DNA from: an uncultured virus (IMG/VR IMGVR_UViG_3300025121_000017)
Taxonomy: Duplodnaviria; Heunggongvirae; Uroviricota; Caudoviricetes
DNA: 60,760 nt
Strand: one strand, 5' to 3'
IMG/VR virus record: IMGVR_UViG_3300025121_000017
Made by a program: the position numbers and the translations under genes. The notes under the pieces are model-generated. The model did not search any database and was not told the DNA's origin. It worked only from the letters and a program-made list of their open reading frames with translations. Position 1 is the stretch's first letter. Every line of letters begins with the position of its first letter. Of this stretch, positions 51,417 to 60,760 are shown one piece after another.

Positions 51417-52718
51417 TCACAACGTACTGTCGAACCTTACCGGCAGCGTCACACTCCCCGCCTGCGTCCCGTCGCTGAGCATCTTGACCCACAGCGACGC
51501 GTACCCGCTCGTACAGGTGAACTCCAGCGCGTCCGCCGCGTAGTACGTCCCAGCTGCTGCGGTGCCAGTCCCGGACGTGCACACGAGGCTGTACGTCACA
51601 GTCGCCGCGTCGCCGTATTGCTTGTTGCTCGCGTCCGCGAGCACGAGGCGCGCCTGGGCCTGGCTGACACCCTTCGTGCCGACGGGCCAGTCCGTGAGGA
51701 GTCGCTGCGCGGGCGTCGTCGCGTCGTATCCCTGAGCGCCCCAGGTCGGATTGACGATGGTCTCCGGATCGTAACTCGTCGCAAACTGGTCATCGTAGTA
51801 GAGCACTTCGCCCACCAGGTTGCCGTCCGCGTTCTGCGGCGCGAGGGCGAATCCGGCACGTACGAAGACAGGGGCGGGAATGGCGCTGACGAGCTTGTAG
51901 AGATAGACCCAGTCAGCCTCAGCTGGGCGTGACGCGGAGTTCGTGAGAGAATAGTGGATCCACATGTTGCCGTACGGATCGACGCCAATACGGACCCAGA
52001 CGCCGTTATCGCGCTGGTCCGCCGTGATGACGATCGTGGACGCCGCACCGCCCGAGATCTCGTTGACGAGCGCGGGTGCCCCCGCGGACCAGCCGACGCC
52101 AACGAAGGCCTTACCCGCCGTGTCGTCGGTGTCCTGGCTCACACGCAGGCCGAACGCCTCGCTGCCTGCGTCGCCATTGGAGCTGATGCGCGCGGTGAAA
52201 ACGTGCGCCATGCGCGACGTGCTGTACTTTTTGTACTGGAAGTAACCGGTAGTGGAATTATAGTTGAGTGCGCTGGCTGCGAGCGTGAGCGTGTCCGCAG
52301 TCGTCACGCCCTGGTCCCCGCTGGTTAAGCCGTCCGGGCGTCGCTTGGTCCAGCCGTACTCGGGCGTCGTGGCCGGGACCATGGCGCGGTCGAGCCGAGC
52401 GAACGTGACGTCTCGAGCCAGGCGAAGCACGCGGGACCCGCCCGGCACCGTCGCGAGCTCGTAGCCCGTGGCAGCAGTGACACCGGACGCGCGCACGACG
52501 GGGGCGTCGTAGTCTCGCCCGTAGAGATAGACGGTGTTGTTAAGCAAGGTCTGGATGGCTGAGTTAATGTCGACGGCGCGGGCCAGCTGCCCGGACACTA
52601 CGCCGACGCTGGTCGAGCTCCAGGTGGCGGTGCCGGTGAGGGTGGTCGTTGCGAACGCTGCGGAGACGCAGAGAAAGATCGTCGCGAGCAGAGCGGCGAG
52701 ACGGAGATGGTGGCGCAT
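51417..52718 (-). CDS. beta-rich protein with signal-peptide-like N-terminus (exported or virion-type)
   Basis: MRHHLRLAALLATIFLCVSAAFA; T/S/G/A/Y-rich; lone minus-strand gene. Confidence 0.65.
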   Translation of the reverse strand: MRHHLRLAALLATIFLCVSAAFATTTLTGTATWSSTSVGVVSGQLARAVDINSAIQTLLNNTVYLYGRDYDAPVVRASGVTAATGYELATVPGGSRVLRLARDVTFARLDRAMVPATTPEYGWTKRRPDGLTSGDQGVTTADTLTLAASALNYNSTTGYFQYKKYSTSRMAHVFTARISSNGDAGSEAFGLRVSQDTDDTAGKAFVGVGWSAGAPALVNEISGGAASTIVITADQRDNGVWVRIGVDPYGNMWIHYSLTNSASRPAEADWVYLYKLVSAIPAPVFVRAGFALAPQNADGNLVGEVLYYDDQFATSYDPETIVNPTWGAQGYDATTPAQRLLTDWPVGTKGVSQAQARLVLADASNKQYGDAATVTYSLVCTSGTGTAAAGTYYAADALEFTCTSGYASLWVKMLSDGTQAGSVTLPVRFDSTL

Positions 52719-52810
52719 AAAGTGGCTCCAGTGAAGGGTTATGGGAGGCATGATAGCGGGCTGAGGGGGGTGGCGTCAAGGGGTTGTCCTTCGCTGCGAT
52801 TTTCTTTCAT

Positions 52811-52846
52811 AATGTCATTGACATTTTAATGAGACTCTTGTACATT
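52811..52846 (+). promoter_or_regulatory. box-promoter 9
   Basis: AATGTCATTGACATT; TTGACA-17-TACATT. Confidence 0.85.
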
Positions 52847-53864
52847 ACTGAGCATGAACGGTCGCACACCGCAGCCGACGAAATCTGAGGAGATGACCAT
52901 GGACGCAATCAGCGCACTGAACACTATCTGCAAGGGCTGGACGCAGAGCCGGCCCGGCGGCCTTCTTTGCAACCCAAATCCGGGTGGCGGGATCATCGAC
53001 TCCGCGATCGTGTCTGGCGAGTGGTTTATCATCTTCAACGATGACCAGCCTGTGATGGAAGGCTTCGACACTCGAGACGACGCAATCGAGGCCTTCGCAC
53101 TGGCAAGCAAGCGCTAATGCAGAGGGGAACCTCTCCGGGATCTAATGCGTTCCCCTGAACCGAGGAACGTTCCCAACCACGTGAAGGAGATGAAAATGTA
53201 CACCACCATTACCGATGCCCGCACTGCCCTGCTCAACTCTGGCCTGATCGACATGATCGACGAAAGTCAATTGGATCAGGCTGTCGAGTTGGTCTATCAG
53301 CTCGAGCTCGACCTCAGATCAACGGATGTCGGTGTAGCAGGGGCTGCGGCTAGAGCACTGCTTGAAGGCCTGCAGATGGACCCGAGTGACTGCGGTCTGT
53401 AGAAGTGAGGGACCCCCATGACCACCATCACCGCCCTCATGGCCCCCGACCCCGTCACCCGTGTCCGCGCCGCCATCACGCGCGCCCAGCGCCTGGGCGT
53501 CCGCGTCCGTGTCGACGGTCTCAGCCGCCGCGAGCTCATCGGCATGGTCCGTCGTGAGGTCGGCCCGGTGACGATCCGTGCGACCGGGGCGAGGGGAATC
53601 TACTGCACGCCGGGCACCGGCAGACCGTTCATGCTTTTTGTGAGGGAGATATGATGAGGCTACTCGAGTGTATCTGCACCCATCCGGAGGTCCTGCTCAT
53701 AGGGCTCATGGTCGCAGCGATCTGTATTTTGATCGTGAGCATGTACATCATACACGTCGTGTTACCGACGTGTCGCTAACCCCCGCCGTCCGAACGGGGC
53801 CAGCTCCTCGCGTCGAGGGTCTGGCATTCGGGCACGCTCCCGGACTGACCGCAAAGGATCCCCG

Positions 53865-54410
53865 ATGAACGTCTTCATGCTCGACGCCGACCACGCTCGC
53901 CGCGCATCCTACCACCCGGACAACTTCACGTATTGGGGCGCCAAGGAAGCGCTCCAGCTCGCCTACAACGTCTGGTGGCAGACATCCGGCGTCGGCATCC
54001 CTCGCGATATGCTGCGTGGCCTGACACCCGTTGAGCGCGTACAGCGGGGTCTTCCCGCGTACCTGCCGACACACCAGGCGCACCCATGGTCCGTGTGGGC
54101 CGGCGAGTCGTCCGCGAATCTCTGGTTCCTGCTCGAGCATGCCGAGGCGCTGCTCGTCGAAGACCGCTACCGGTTCGGGAGGGATACCGCGGTCTGGTCC
54201 GCATGGGAATGGATCGTCAAGCACGCGCCACGTCTCCCAGCCGTCGAGCTGACCACGATGCCGCGGTGCTTCGGCGGACGAGGCATCGATACCGGAGAGG
54301 GCATCATCGCCGATTATCGGGAGTATTTCCGGCAGGCGAAGGTGGGGCGCTCGGTGTGGACGAGGAGAGACCGTCCGGAGTGGATCGACAGCGCCAGTGA
54401 TGACCGTTGA
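53865..54410 (+). CDS. pyrimidine dimer DNA glycosylase / endonuclease V-like protein
   Basis: MNVFMLD...YH.D...EALQL...PTHQAHPWSVWAGESSANL..L...YRFG. Confidence 0.7.
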   Translation: MNVFMLDADHARRASYHPDNFTYWGAKEALQLAYNVWWQTSGVGIPRDMLRGLTPVERVQRGLPAYLPTHQAHPWSVWAGESSANLWFLLEHAEALLVEDRYRFGRDTAVWSAWEWIVKHAPRLPAVELTTMPRCFGGRGIDTGEGIIADYREYFRQAKVGRSVWTRRDRPEWIDSASDDR

Positions 54411-55523
54411 CCGACCCTGAGTGGATCGCCTCGGAGACGGGGTGGTCCTTTGAGTTGCGGTGAAACAACGATGGGAGGATGACGTGAGCAACCACAGAAA
54501 TGGCCGACGCGGGGACATCTCCCGCACGGAGCACGGCCCGCGACCAATCCGCGATGATGGCGGCGTGGAGCGTAACATGCGCGCTCGGGCGCGGGCGCGG
54601 GCGTGGTGGAAGAGGGCAGACGCGCGCCGGGACCGAAGAGCAAGAGCTACGGAGGTAGATGATGGGTAATCTTCTGCCTCCATGTGCTAGGCGCGGAGGC
54701 GAGGGCGATTGGTGGCATGTCCAGCACGTGATGTGCACGGGCTCACAACATATCGACTCTATGACTGTGGTCCAGTGCATGTGCGCCTGTCACAGCACCG
54801 CAGCAACACAACAACAGGAGACCGACATGCGAAAGACGATGCACAATTGGCCGGAGACGCTGCCGGCCCTGGCCCGCGCCAAGTCCACCATGGACCGTCC
54901 GGCGACGTGGCTGCCCGGAGCAGCTGCCCCTCCCGTAGATCTGGTCCCTGCAACGAGGGTCCTTGAGCTCGATCGGGAAAACGCGGAACTCAGTCACGAG
55001 GTCAATGAGCGCAGGGTGACGATTGAGAAACTGCTGGCGTATCACGGGGACTTGACTCGGGAGAACGAGGAACTCCGCGCCCGCATCGTGGAACTCGAAT
55101 CCCAGGTGGCCACATACCGGAGTCATCTCCCCGCTTTTGGCGGGTTCGTCTAGGGTCCCGTCTCCGCCCTCAAGCCCGAGACCGCAGGCACCGAGATCGA
55201 CGAGACCATCCTCGCTCGCATCTCCGCAGCACTCCCGTTGACGACCAAGGGCGAGTTCCTCGCCTGGCTCGATACCTTCATCGGTCCTCGCGAGTCACTG
55301 GACAGCGGCGCAGTCGCCACCATCCTCGCGCACATGCGCGCCGCACGCAAGCTCTCTGCGCACCACCCCGAGGACCCGGACGCGACGTTTTACATCTGGC
55401 TTTTCGGCTGGCTGCAGATCTGGTCGACCCCGGTTAGTCCGGTGCCGACGAGCCGTATCCGGGAGATGATGCGGGAGGCGGAGGAGGGGCGCGGTGGACG
55501 TGACGTAATACGCATTGTGAGCG

Positions 55524-55574
55524 AATGTCATTGACATTAGTTGTCCGGACGCGTACTATTGAACTTCAACCTGA
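55524..55574 (+). promoter_or_regulatory. box-promoter 10
   Basis: AATGTCATTGACATT; TTGACA-17-TACTAT; AACCTGA at 55568. Confidence 0.85.
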
Positions 55575-56492
55575 GCACAGTGAGGCTGCAGCATGACACG
55601 AACCTACGAAATTACTATGCGAGACGGACCGACCTTGACGGTTACCTCGGACATTTACGGGACGGTCACGGCGTGCTGCACGCTGTTGAAGCGGTACCCG
55701 GACGCGGTTTGTGTCGGGTGTGTCGATGGGTGACTCCTCCGTGTGGCCCGACGCCATGCCCGAGGGCAGCGTCTGGGAGTGGACCGCTCCGGGTGAGGAG
55801 CCCAGTTCCATGATCCTGCACGTGCAGGGCGGGCAGCTGATCGACGTGGCGGACGGTTTCACGTTTCCGTTAACACCGGATAAGGATGTCCCGGGCAAGC
55901 GAATCGCGCTGTTCCGGCCAGACCTGGGAGAGCGGATCTGTCGCCGGATGGACCTGGAGCAGCAGGCGGCGTCTGACCCAGAGCTGGCTACTGCGTGGGT
56001 CCAGGTATATGATGCACTTAACGGTATTCTCAATGGAAGAGGAGCGCATAATGAGTAGCTTAATTGAGAGGTACGCGACATACACGCACAAGAACACAGC
56101 CTTCTCTGGACACAATTGCGCAGGCATTATCGTCAACGTCGGCGTGACAGGCACGCCTGAGGATGGGATGCAACACTCACTCCTGCTCCTCCTGGACACC
56201 GGCGAACTGCGTGATTGTCTGGCGGCATATTGCACCGTCGAGCCCGGAGTCAGCGACGTCCCGGATCTCCCCATCGTTTCCACTGTGTCCCAGCTGATCG
56301 CCTGCATGTCAGGCACCATGCACGTAAAGCACGCATCCGGCGTTCTCCTCGCGGGGTACCCATCGCCGTTCTGCAGCGGCGTCAAGTATGAGGCTATCGG
56401 GCGTATACCTGTTGGCGTAGACGCTGACGCGCACTGTGTTGCGCTCAACGCAGCGCTCCAGCAGATTCGAGACGAAATATCTGGAGCGGGGC

Positions 56493-56942
56493 GTGTTTAG
56501 ATACTCAATCCTGATCCGCTACAACGAAGCTGACGGCGAGTACGTCGCCACGATCCCGGAGCTCCCGGGCGTCAGCGCAGTTATGCCGACTCCCGAGGAA
56601 GCCGCAGCGGAAGTGCAGATAGCGGCTCGTCTGTGCCTGGAGTCTTTGCAGGCGGCTGGGCATAGCGCTCCGCCGCCGCGTCCGAGCGCGTGGCCTACGC
56701 CTGAAGAACTGAAAGCTGCGCAACGGTCCCACTACTGGCTCATGGTCTTCGCAGGTAAGGCGGGGCAAGGAAACGTGCGCTTCGGGGTCCTGAGGCCGGT
56801 ACACAACGGCGATAAGATCGAGCCGAAGTGGACGCCGCACAGCTCTTCGGGCGAGTATTGGGCCAGCGAACTCGAGGAGGAGCTTGGGGCGCTGGTGCGG
56901 TGTGTCCGGGTGGACCGACGCGGTAATTTCACGGAGCATTAA
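56493..56942 (+). CDS. HicB-like N-terminal domain protein
   Basis: YSILIRYNEADGEYVATIPELPGVSAVMPTPEEA...LESL...PPP. Confidence 0.7.
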   Translation: MFRYSILIRYNEADGEYVATIPELPGVSAVMPTPEEAAAEVQIAARLCLESLQAAGHSAPPPRPSAWPTPEELKAAQRSHYWLMVFAGKAGQGNVRFGVLRPVHNGDKIEPKWTPHSSSGEYWASELEEELGALVRCVRVDRRGNFTEH

Positions 56943-57706
56943 CATGCAGATATTTCGCCTCGATCCGGTCTTTCCGTCCGCCAGGCACATCGCAGGAAAT
57001 GCCATCTTGCGCCAGCCAGGTGTCTCCCAGACCTTCAGCGACGTGCACACTCAGTGGAAAGCGCGGTGGGACCGACAGTGTCTGTGCGAGCAGGACCTCC
57101 AGCAAGCGCAGCTCGAGGTACTCAAGTGCACGATTGCATTGAACGCAGCACTTCGCGGCGTCATGCGAGCGCTCAACGCAAAGCCAGCCGCGCGGCGCTG
57201 TTACTTTCTCCCCGGCGGCACGCTGGATGTGCTGTATCAGGCGCCATCGGATCAGATTGATGCGTTGAGTGCGTATGCTCCGCGCATCGCAGCGGCTTCT
57301 GAGGAGGAGATTCCGGCGTACCTGCGGACGAGCTTTGAGCAGAGCTTCAGCGCGAGCAGAGCAGCCGCGACACGCAGGAAGATTTGCCAAGATGCGGCGG
57401 CTGCTGCACAGGCCGCGCGAGTGGAGTTAGACGGTGCGTGGAGCCAGGCGTACAACGCGCTCCAGCGGGAGATTGAGCATAACAAGGAGGTAGAGCCGAA
57501 ATGAAACCGATAAGAAAACGAGTACGCGGCAGCCGCATGGACGGCTTGACGCCTGAACATATCGCACGCCTCGAGGAGATCAGGAGACTGATGCCCCGTG
57601 AAGATGCGGGCGCAGAGACTGCAACTGGAGATGCGCCCAGTCTGCGTGCCGCGATGCGCTGGGCGATCGACCACGTTGAGCTGCCAGCCAAAGAAGCGTG
57701 AGTAGG

Positions 57707-57990
57707 CGTGCTGCGGTGGACGTGCACAGCACGTACGGACGAAGTGTCTCGAGGACTACTGGTGCTTATAATTTGCGATAGAGTGATGTTCAGCGCGTGT
57801 ATAGTGTGCGGGATTCTCCGCGTGAGCTTCGTCCGTAGATTGGGCGCAAGTCCGGTAATGGGGATAGTGAACGCCAGGACTATTGGACACAAGCGTCCGC
57901 CGTCCTTGGCGGCAGGAGGGCCGTCGCGGTAAAGGCAGGCTCCAGTATGGCGCTGGCTCAAGTGCGGGCGGGTGCTGTGCGCATGGGTCC
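57707..57990 (+). ncRNA. candidate structured RNA (strand assumed from context)
   Basis: Nested helices 57724-32/57972-80, 57734-44/57827-37, 57842-59/57879-98 in an intergenic gap. Confidence 0.45.
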
Positions 57991-58023
57991 GTCGACAAGT
58001 CAACCGGTAGAGGAGAGCCACAC

Positions 58024-58518
58024 ATGCAAGAGCTTCAAGCCTTCGACCCGCTCGCGTGGCAGAAACGAATCGCTGAGACTGTCCAGCAACAGTTCGGAAT
58101 GCTCATTCCCGCCGAAGCATTCGACACCATGGTCGCAAAAGAAATCCACGCCTACTTCGAAGAGGAGAAGCAGCTGATCATCCGAGAAGAGCCTGTGGCG
58201 CAGACGTGGGGATCGTCTAAAACTGCTCGCACCTACGCCAGCATGACACCCTTCCGACGTCGCGTATGGGAGGCCATTGACGCGATGGTAGGCGTCAACC
58301 TCGACGCCACGCTGTCCGGTGAGACGTTTAAGGCCCTCGTGGCGACAACGTACTCGGACAACGGTGAGCGCACGCACGCGGACCTGTCCGCGATGCTCGA
58401 GCGCAAACTGGAAGAACTCGCGCCCAAGATCATGGCGGAAATGTTTCGCGGGATGTTCGGCCAGGCTGTGGTGCGGGCTAAACAGGAAGTGCTTAACGAG
58501 TTGCGAGGGGCGCGGTGA
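58024..58518 (+). CDS. hypothetical protein
   Basis: GAGGAG RBS; MQELQAFDPLAW... Confidence 0.7.
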   Translation: MQELQAFDPLAWQKRIAETVQQQFGMLIPAEAFDTMVAKEIHAYFEEEKQLIIREEPVAQTWGSSKTARTYASMTPFRRRVWEAIDAMVGVNLDATLSGETFKALVATTYSDNGERTHADLSAMLERKLEELAPKIMAEMFRGMFGQAVVRAKQEVLNELRGAR

Positions 58519-58653
58519 GTGTAGGCCCCTTATGTCCCATAACCTGCGTCGCCGGCTAAGGATTGGCGGACAATTGCACTCTCTGTCCGGAGCAGGATGA
58601 GCGCGCTGCGAGCTGGCTAGGCATAGGGAGGCAGGCTTAAACTATCTCAATAA

Positions 58654-58706
58654 AATGTCATTGACATTTAAATCGAGGGTGTGTACTCTACCTGCAGAAC
58701 CTGAAC
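58654..58706 (+). promoter_or_regulatory. box-promoter 11
   Basis: AATGTCATTGACATT; TTGACA-17-TACTCT; AACCTGAAC at 58698. Confidence 0.85.
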
Positions 58707-58720
58707 ACACGAGGCATGCC

Positions 58721-59458
58721 ATGTCCTTCCGATCTCCCCCAACCTTCCTGGCCAAGAAACAGATACGCACCGATGATTGCGATCGGCACCACTACTTCTT
58801 GAGCTTTTACGGCGAAGAGGCCCTACTCGCGCGGCTATGTCCGGAAGCCGTGTCTACCCGCGTGCTGCGGTACACGGACGGCGCTCGGATCCTCCTCGCG
58901 CTGGACAGCTACGAGCGGATCCTCGGTGCGCTCCTATGGCCCTCGGCGCGCTACGAGACCGTGGCTGGAGACTCCTGGTGGCGGTACGGATATCCGTCGA
59001 TGGACAGCTACTCGAGACAGCCCAGCAATATGCTACTAGGCCCGTGTCCGACGTGTGGCACCTGCACCTCTTTTTACGGAGGCGGCTGGGAGTGCCATAA
59101 CTGGAACTGTCGACACAATTCCGGACACTTCTGTTGCAGCAACGGTCCTGCGCCGTCGTGGTGGAACACTGACGTCCAGATGCGTCGGCGCACGGACACT
59201 CGCACGTGGGAGGCCTCGGCGCCCGGGTACCTGTCCGGGACAGGGGCGACGCCGCAGGAAGCTGTTGGCGCTATGCAATCCTTAGACGGCTATGTGTTCC
59301 CCACGTGGGCGGACGCACTCGGCGCCGCGCCAACGCAGCAAGCGGACGGCAGCTGGCGAGTGGCACTAGCCGACCTGGAGGGGGTCGGAGCGACGCGGGA
59401 AGAAGCGGTCGCGTCGTTCGATAAGACCGTGGCAGCAGAGGTGGCGAGAGTGGTGTAA
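58721..59458 (+). CDS. hypothetical protein with Zn finger and two G.T..EAV repeats
   Basis: CPTC...C-x4-C; GTGATPQEAV and GVGATREEAV. Confidence 0.65.
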   Translation: MSFRSPPTFLAKKQIRTDDCDRHHYFLSFYGEEALLARLCPEAVSTRVLRYTDGARILLALDSYERILGALLWPSARYETVAGDSWWRYGYPSMDSYSRQPSNMLLGPCPTCGTCTSFYGGGWECHNWNCRHNSGHFCCSNGPAPSWWNTDVQMRRRTDTRTWEASAPGYLSGTGATPQEAVGAMQSLDGYVFPTWADALGAAPTQQADGSWRVALADLEGVGATREEAVASFDKTVAAEVARVV

Positions 59459-59469
59459 TTATTTCACGA

Positions 59470-59505
59470 AATGTCATTGACATTTAAACGTCACTCCTGT
59501 ACTAT
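59470..59505 (+). promoter_or_regulatory. box-promoter 12
   Basis: AATGTCATTGACATT; TTGACA-17-TACTAT. Confidence 0.85.
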
Positions 59506-59539
59506 TACCTCAGTCGTCAGTTGAACAGTCTCCGACACG

Positions 59540-60031
59540 ATGGAGCAGCCAATGAACGTTCCCTGCGCTTCCTACGCCCTCATCACTCTCGCCCTCAAAG
59601 CCCTTCGGGGCAAGTTCTTCAGTGTGAAGTTCATCAAAGCGGACGGCACCATTCGCCGCATGACCTGCCGCATGGGTGTCACCGTATATTTATCCAGGAA
59701 CGAGACCCCGGCAGAGGCAGCCGAGCGCAAGGCGCGCGATGAGCACAACGGAATCATCCGCGTCTGGGAGCCCGGCAAGGGCTACCGGTCCTTCCGGGTC
59801 GACAGTATTATCGAGCTCAAGCTTCAGGGACGCAGCTACGAGTTCGAGCCGGTTATTCCGGAGGCGGTCGTGGAGTTCGACGACGTGGCGCACACTGCCA
59901 CGATCCGCTGCGGGGAGAGCGCATGGAAGGCATCGGTGCTCAAGAAGGGCGGCGTGAAGATCCCGGCAGCTGCGATGCGGCTGCTGGGGGAAGAGAAGGT
60001 TGCGGCGATCGAGGCGCGGCTGCTGGCGTAA
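59540..60031 (+). CDS. WYL_2/Sm-like SH3 beta-barrel protein
   Basis: FSVKFIKADGTIRRMTC...VWEPGKGYRSFRVDSI. Confidence 0.7.
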   Translation: MEQPMNVPCASYALITLALKALRGKFFSVKFIKADGTIRRMTCRMGVTVYLSRNETPAEAAERKARDEHNGIIRVWEPGKGYRSFRVDSIIELKLQGRSYEFEPVIPEAVVEFDDVAHTATIRCGESAWKASVLKKGGVKIPAAAMRLLGEEKVAAIEARLLA

Positions 60032-60064
60032 CACTACTGCCTCACGTGACGGGGGAGGGGATCC

Positions 60065-60760
60065 ATGTCCGCGAAATTGACCGAGCTCAACATCGCTTAC
60101 CGCCAAGCACTCATTGACCGACGCCCAGCTGCGGCGCGCGTCCACCACATTACTGCCGCGCGCGGACGAACCTTCAGCGGCTTCTATTGGCTCCTGGACA
60201 CGGAGGGGCGTCGTCATCTGGCGCGGTGTGGCCCCAACGTCGAGCAGGCCTTCGTTACCGCCGGACAGGGTGTCGTGGACGCGTACAAGGCGGTGCTGGC
60301 ACGCAAGCACGGCGTCCGCGCTGAGATCAAGGCGGAGCTTGTCCGTGTGGCGTTGGAGAAGTGCACGCGCGTAGGTATCTTGGGCATATGCGAGGAGATC
60401 GTACAGTGCGACGCGCGTGTCTGGGACGCGAACCCATGCGTCCGGCAAGTTCACGCCGAGCACGCGGCCAGGTCCTTCGCCGCTCAAGTGCAGCGGAATG
60501 TGTCTGGCCCACACGTTAAGCGCACAAAATTCGTCAAGCAGGCGGAGCAGGCACGTGCCCGCTTCGCTCACTTCCTGTGGGACTACTTTCAGGCGCTACG
60601 CGGACATGGGCAGCACAGTGTCGGCTATTTCAAGTCCATACCCTCCGCACTGACTGCTGAGCTGGCCCCGGCAGCGGACGAGCCGATAGGACGGCTCCCG
60701 GAGGACAACGATGCGGGCGGACCGTGCGGGCCGTGCGGCGGCGCCGTGGGGGGGGGGCTG
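60065..60760 (+). CDS. hypothetical protein, partial
   Basis: GGAGGGG RBS, ATG 60065, frame open to the window edge. Confidence 0.6.
   Translation, partial: MSAKLTELNIAYRQALIDRRPAAARVHHITAARGRTFSGFYWLLDTEGRRHLARCGPNVEQAFVTAGQGVVDAYKAVLARKHGVRAEIKAELVRVALEKCTRVGILGICEEIVQCDARVWDANPCVRQVHAEHAARSFAAQVQRNVSGPHVKRTKFVKQAEQARARFAHFLWDYFQALRGHGQHSVGYFKSIPSALTAELAPAADEPIGRLPEDNDAGGPCGPCGGAVGGGL

Noticed and set aside
60747..60760. Poly-G run
   Set aside because: At the window edge inside a G-rich gene 3' region; cannot be interpreted

Overview
The window is part of a GC-rich dsDNA phage or prophage genome. No integrase, portal or capsid gene is recognisable. Positions 1-14.8 kb are a minus-strand replication and nucleotide-metabolism operon: 5'-3' exonuclease, VRR-NUC, ThyX, thymidylate kinase, family A DNA polymerase, two adenine methyltransferase-like genes, AAA ATPase, DEDDh exonuclease and a MazG-like enzyme. 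From 15 kb on, genes are mostly on the plus strand: a DinG-like helicase, then dozens of short hypothetical genes in transcription modules. Twelve modules start with the same palindrome AATGTCATTGACATT, which contains a sigma70 -35 box (TTGACA) with a -10-like hexamer 17 bp later; seven also carry a fixed-position AACCTGA motif. Embedded in this region are: a 4.2-kb IS1595-family transporter element with a methyltransferase plus putative restriction endonuclease, inserted into codon 2-3 of a phage gene; an SNF2-like helicase; and a terminase locus whose large subunit is split into ATPase and nuclease genes by an inserted Zn-finger ORF. Other signals are a C-to-G synonymous codon gradient along phage genes and a nested, structured ~280-nt intergenic RNA candidate. 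All calls are by eye from motifs; no searches were run.
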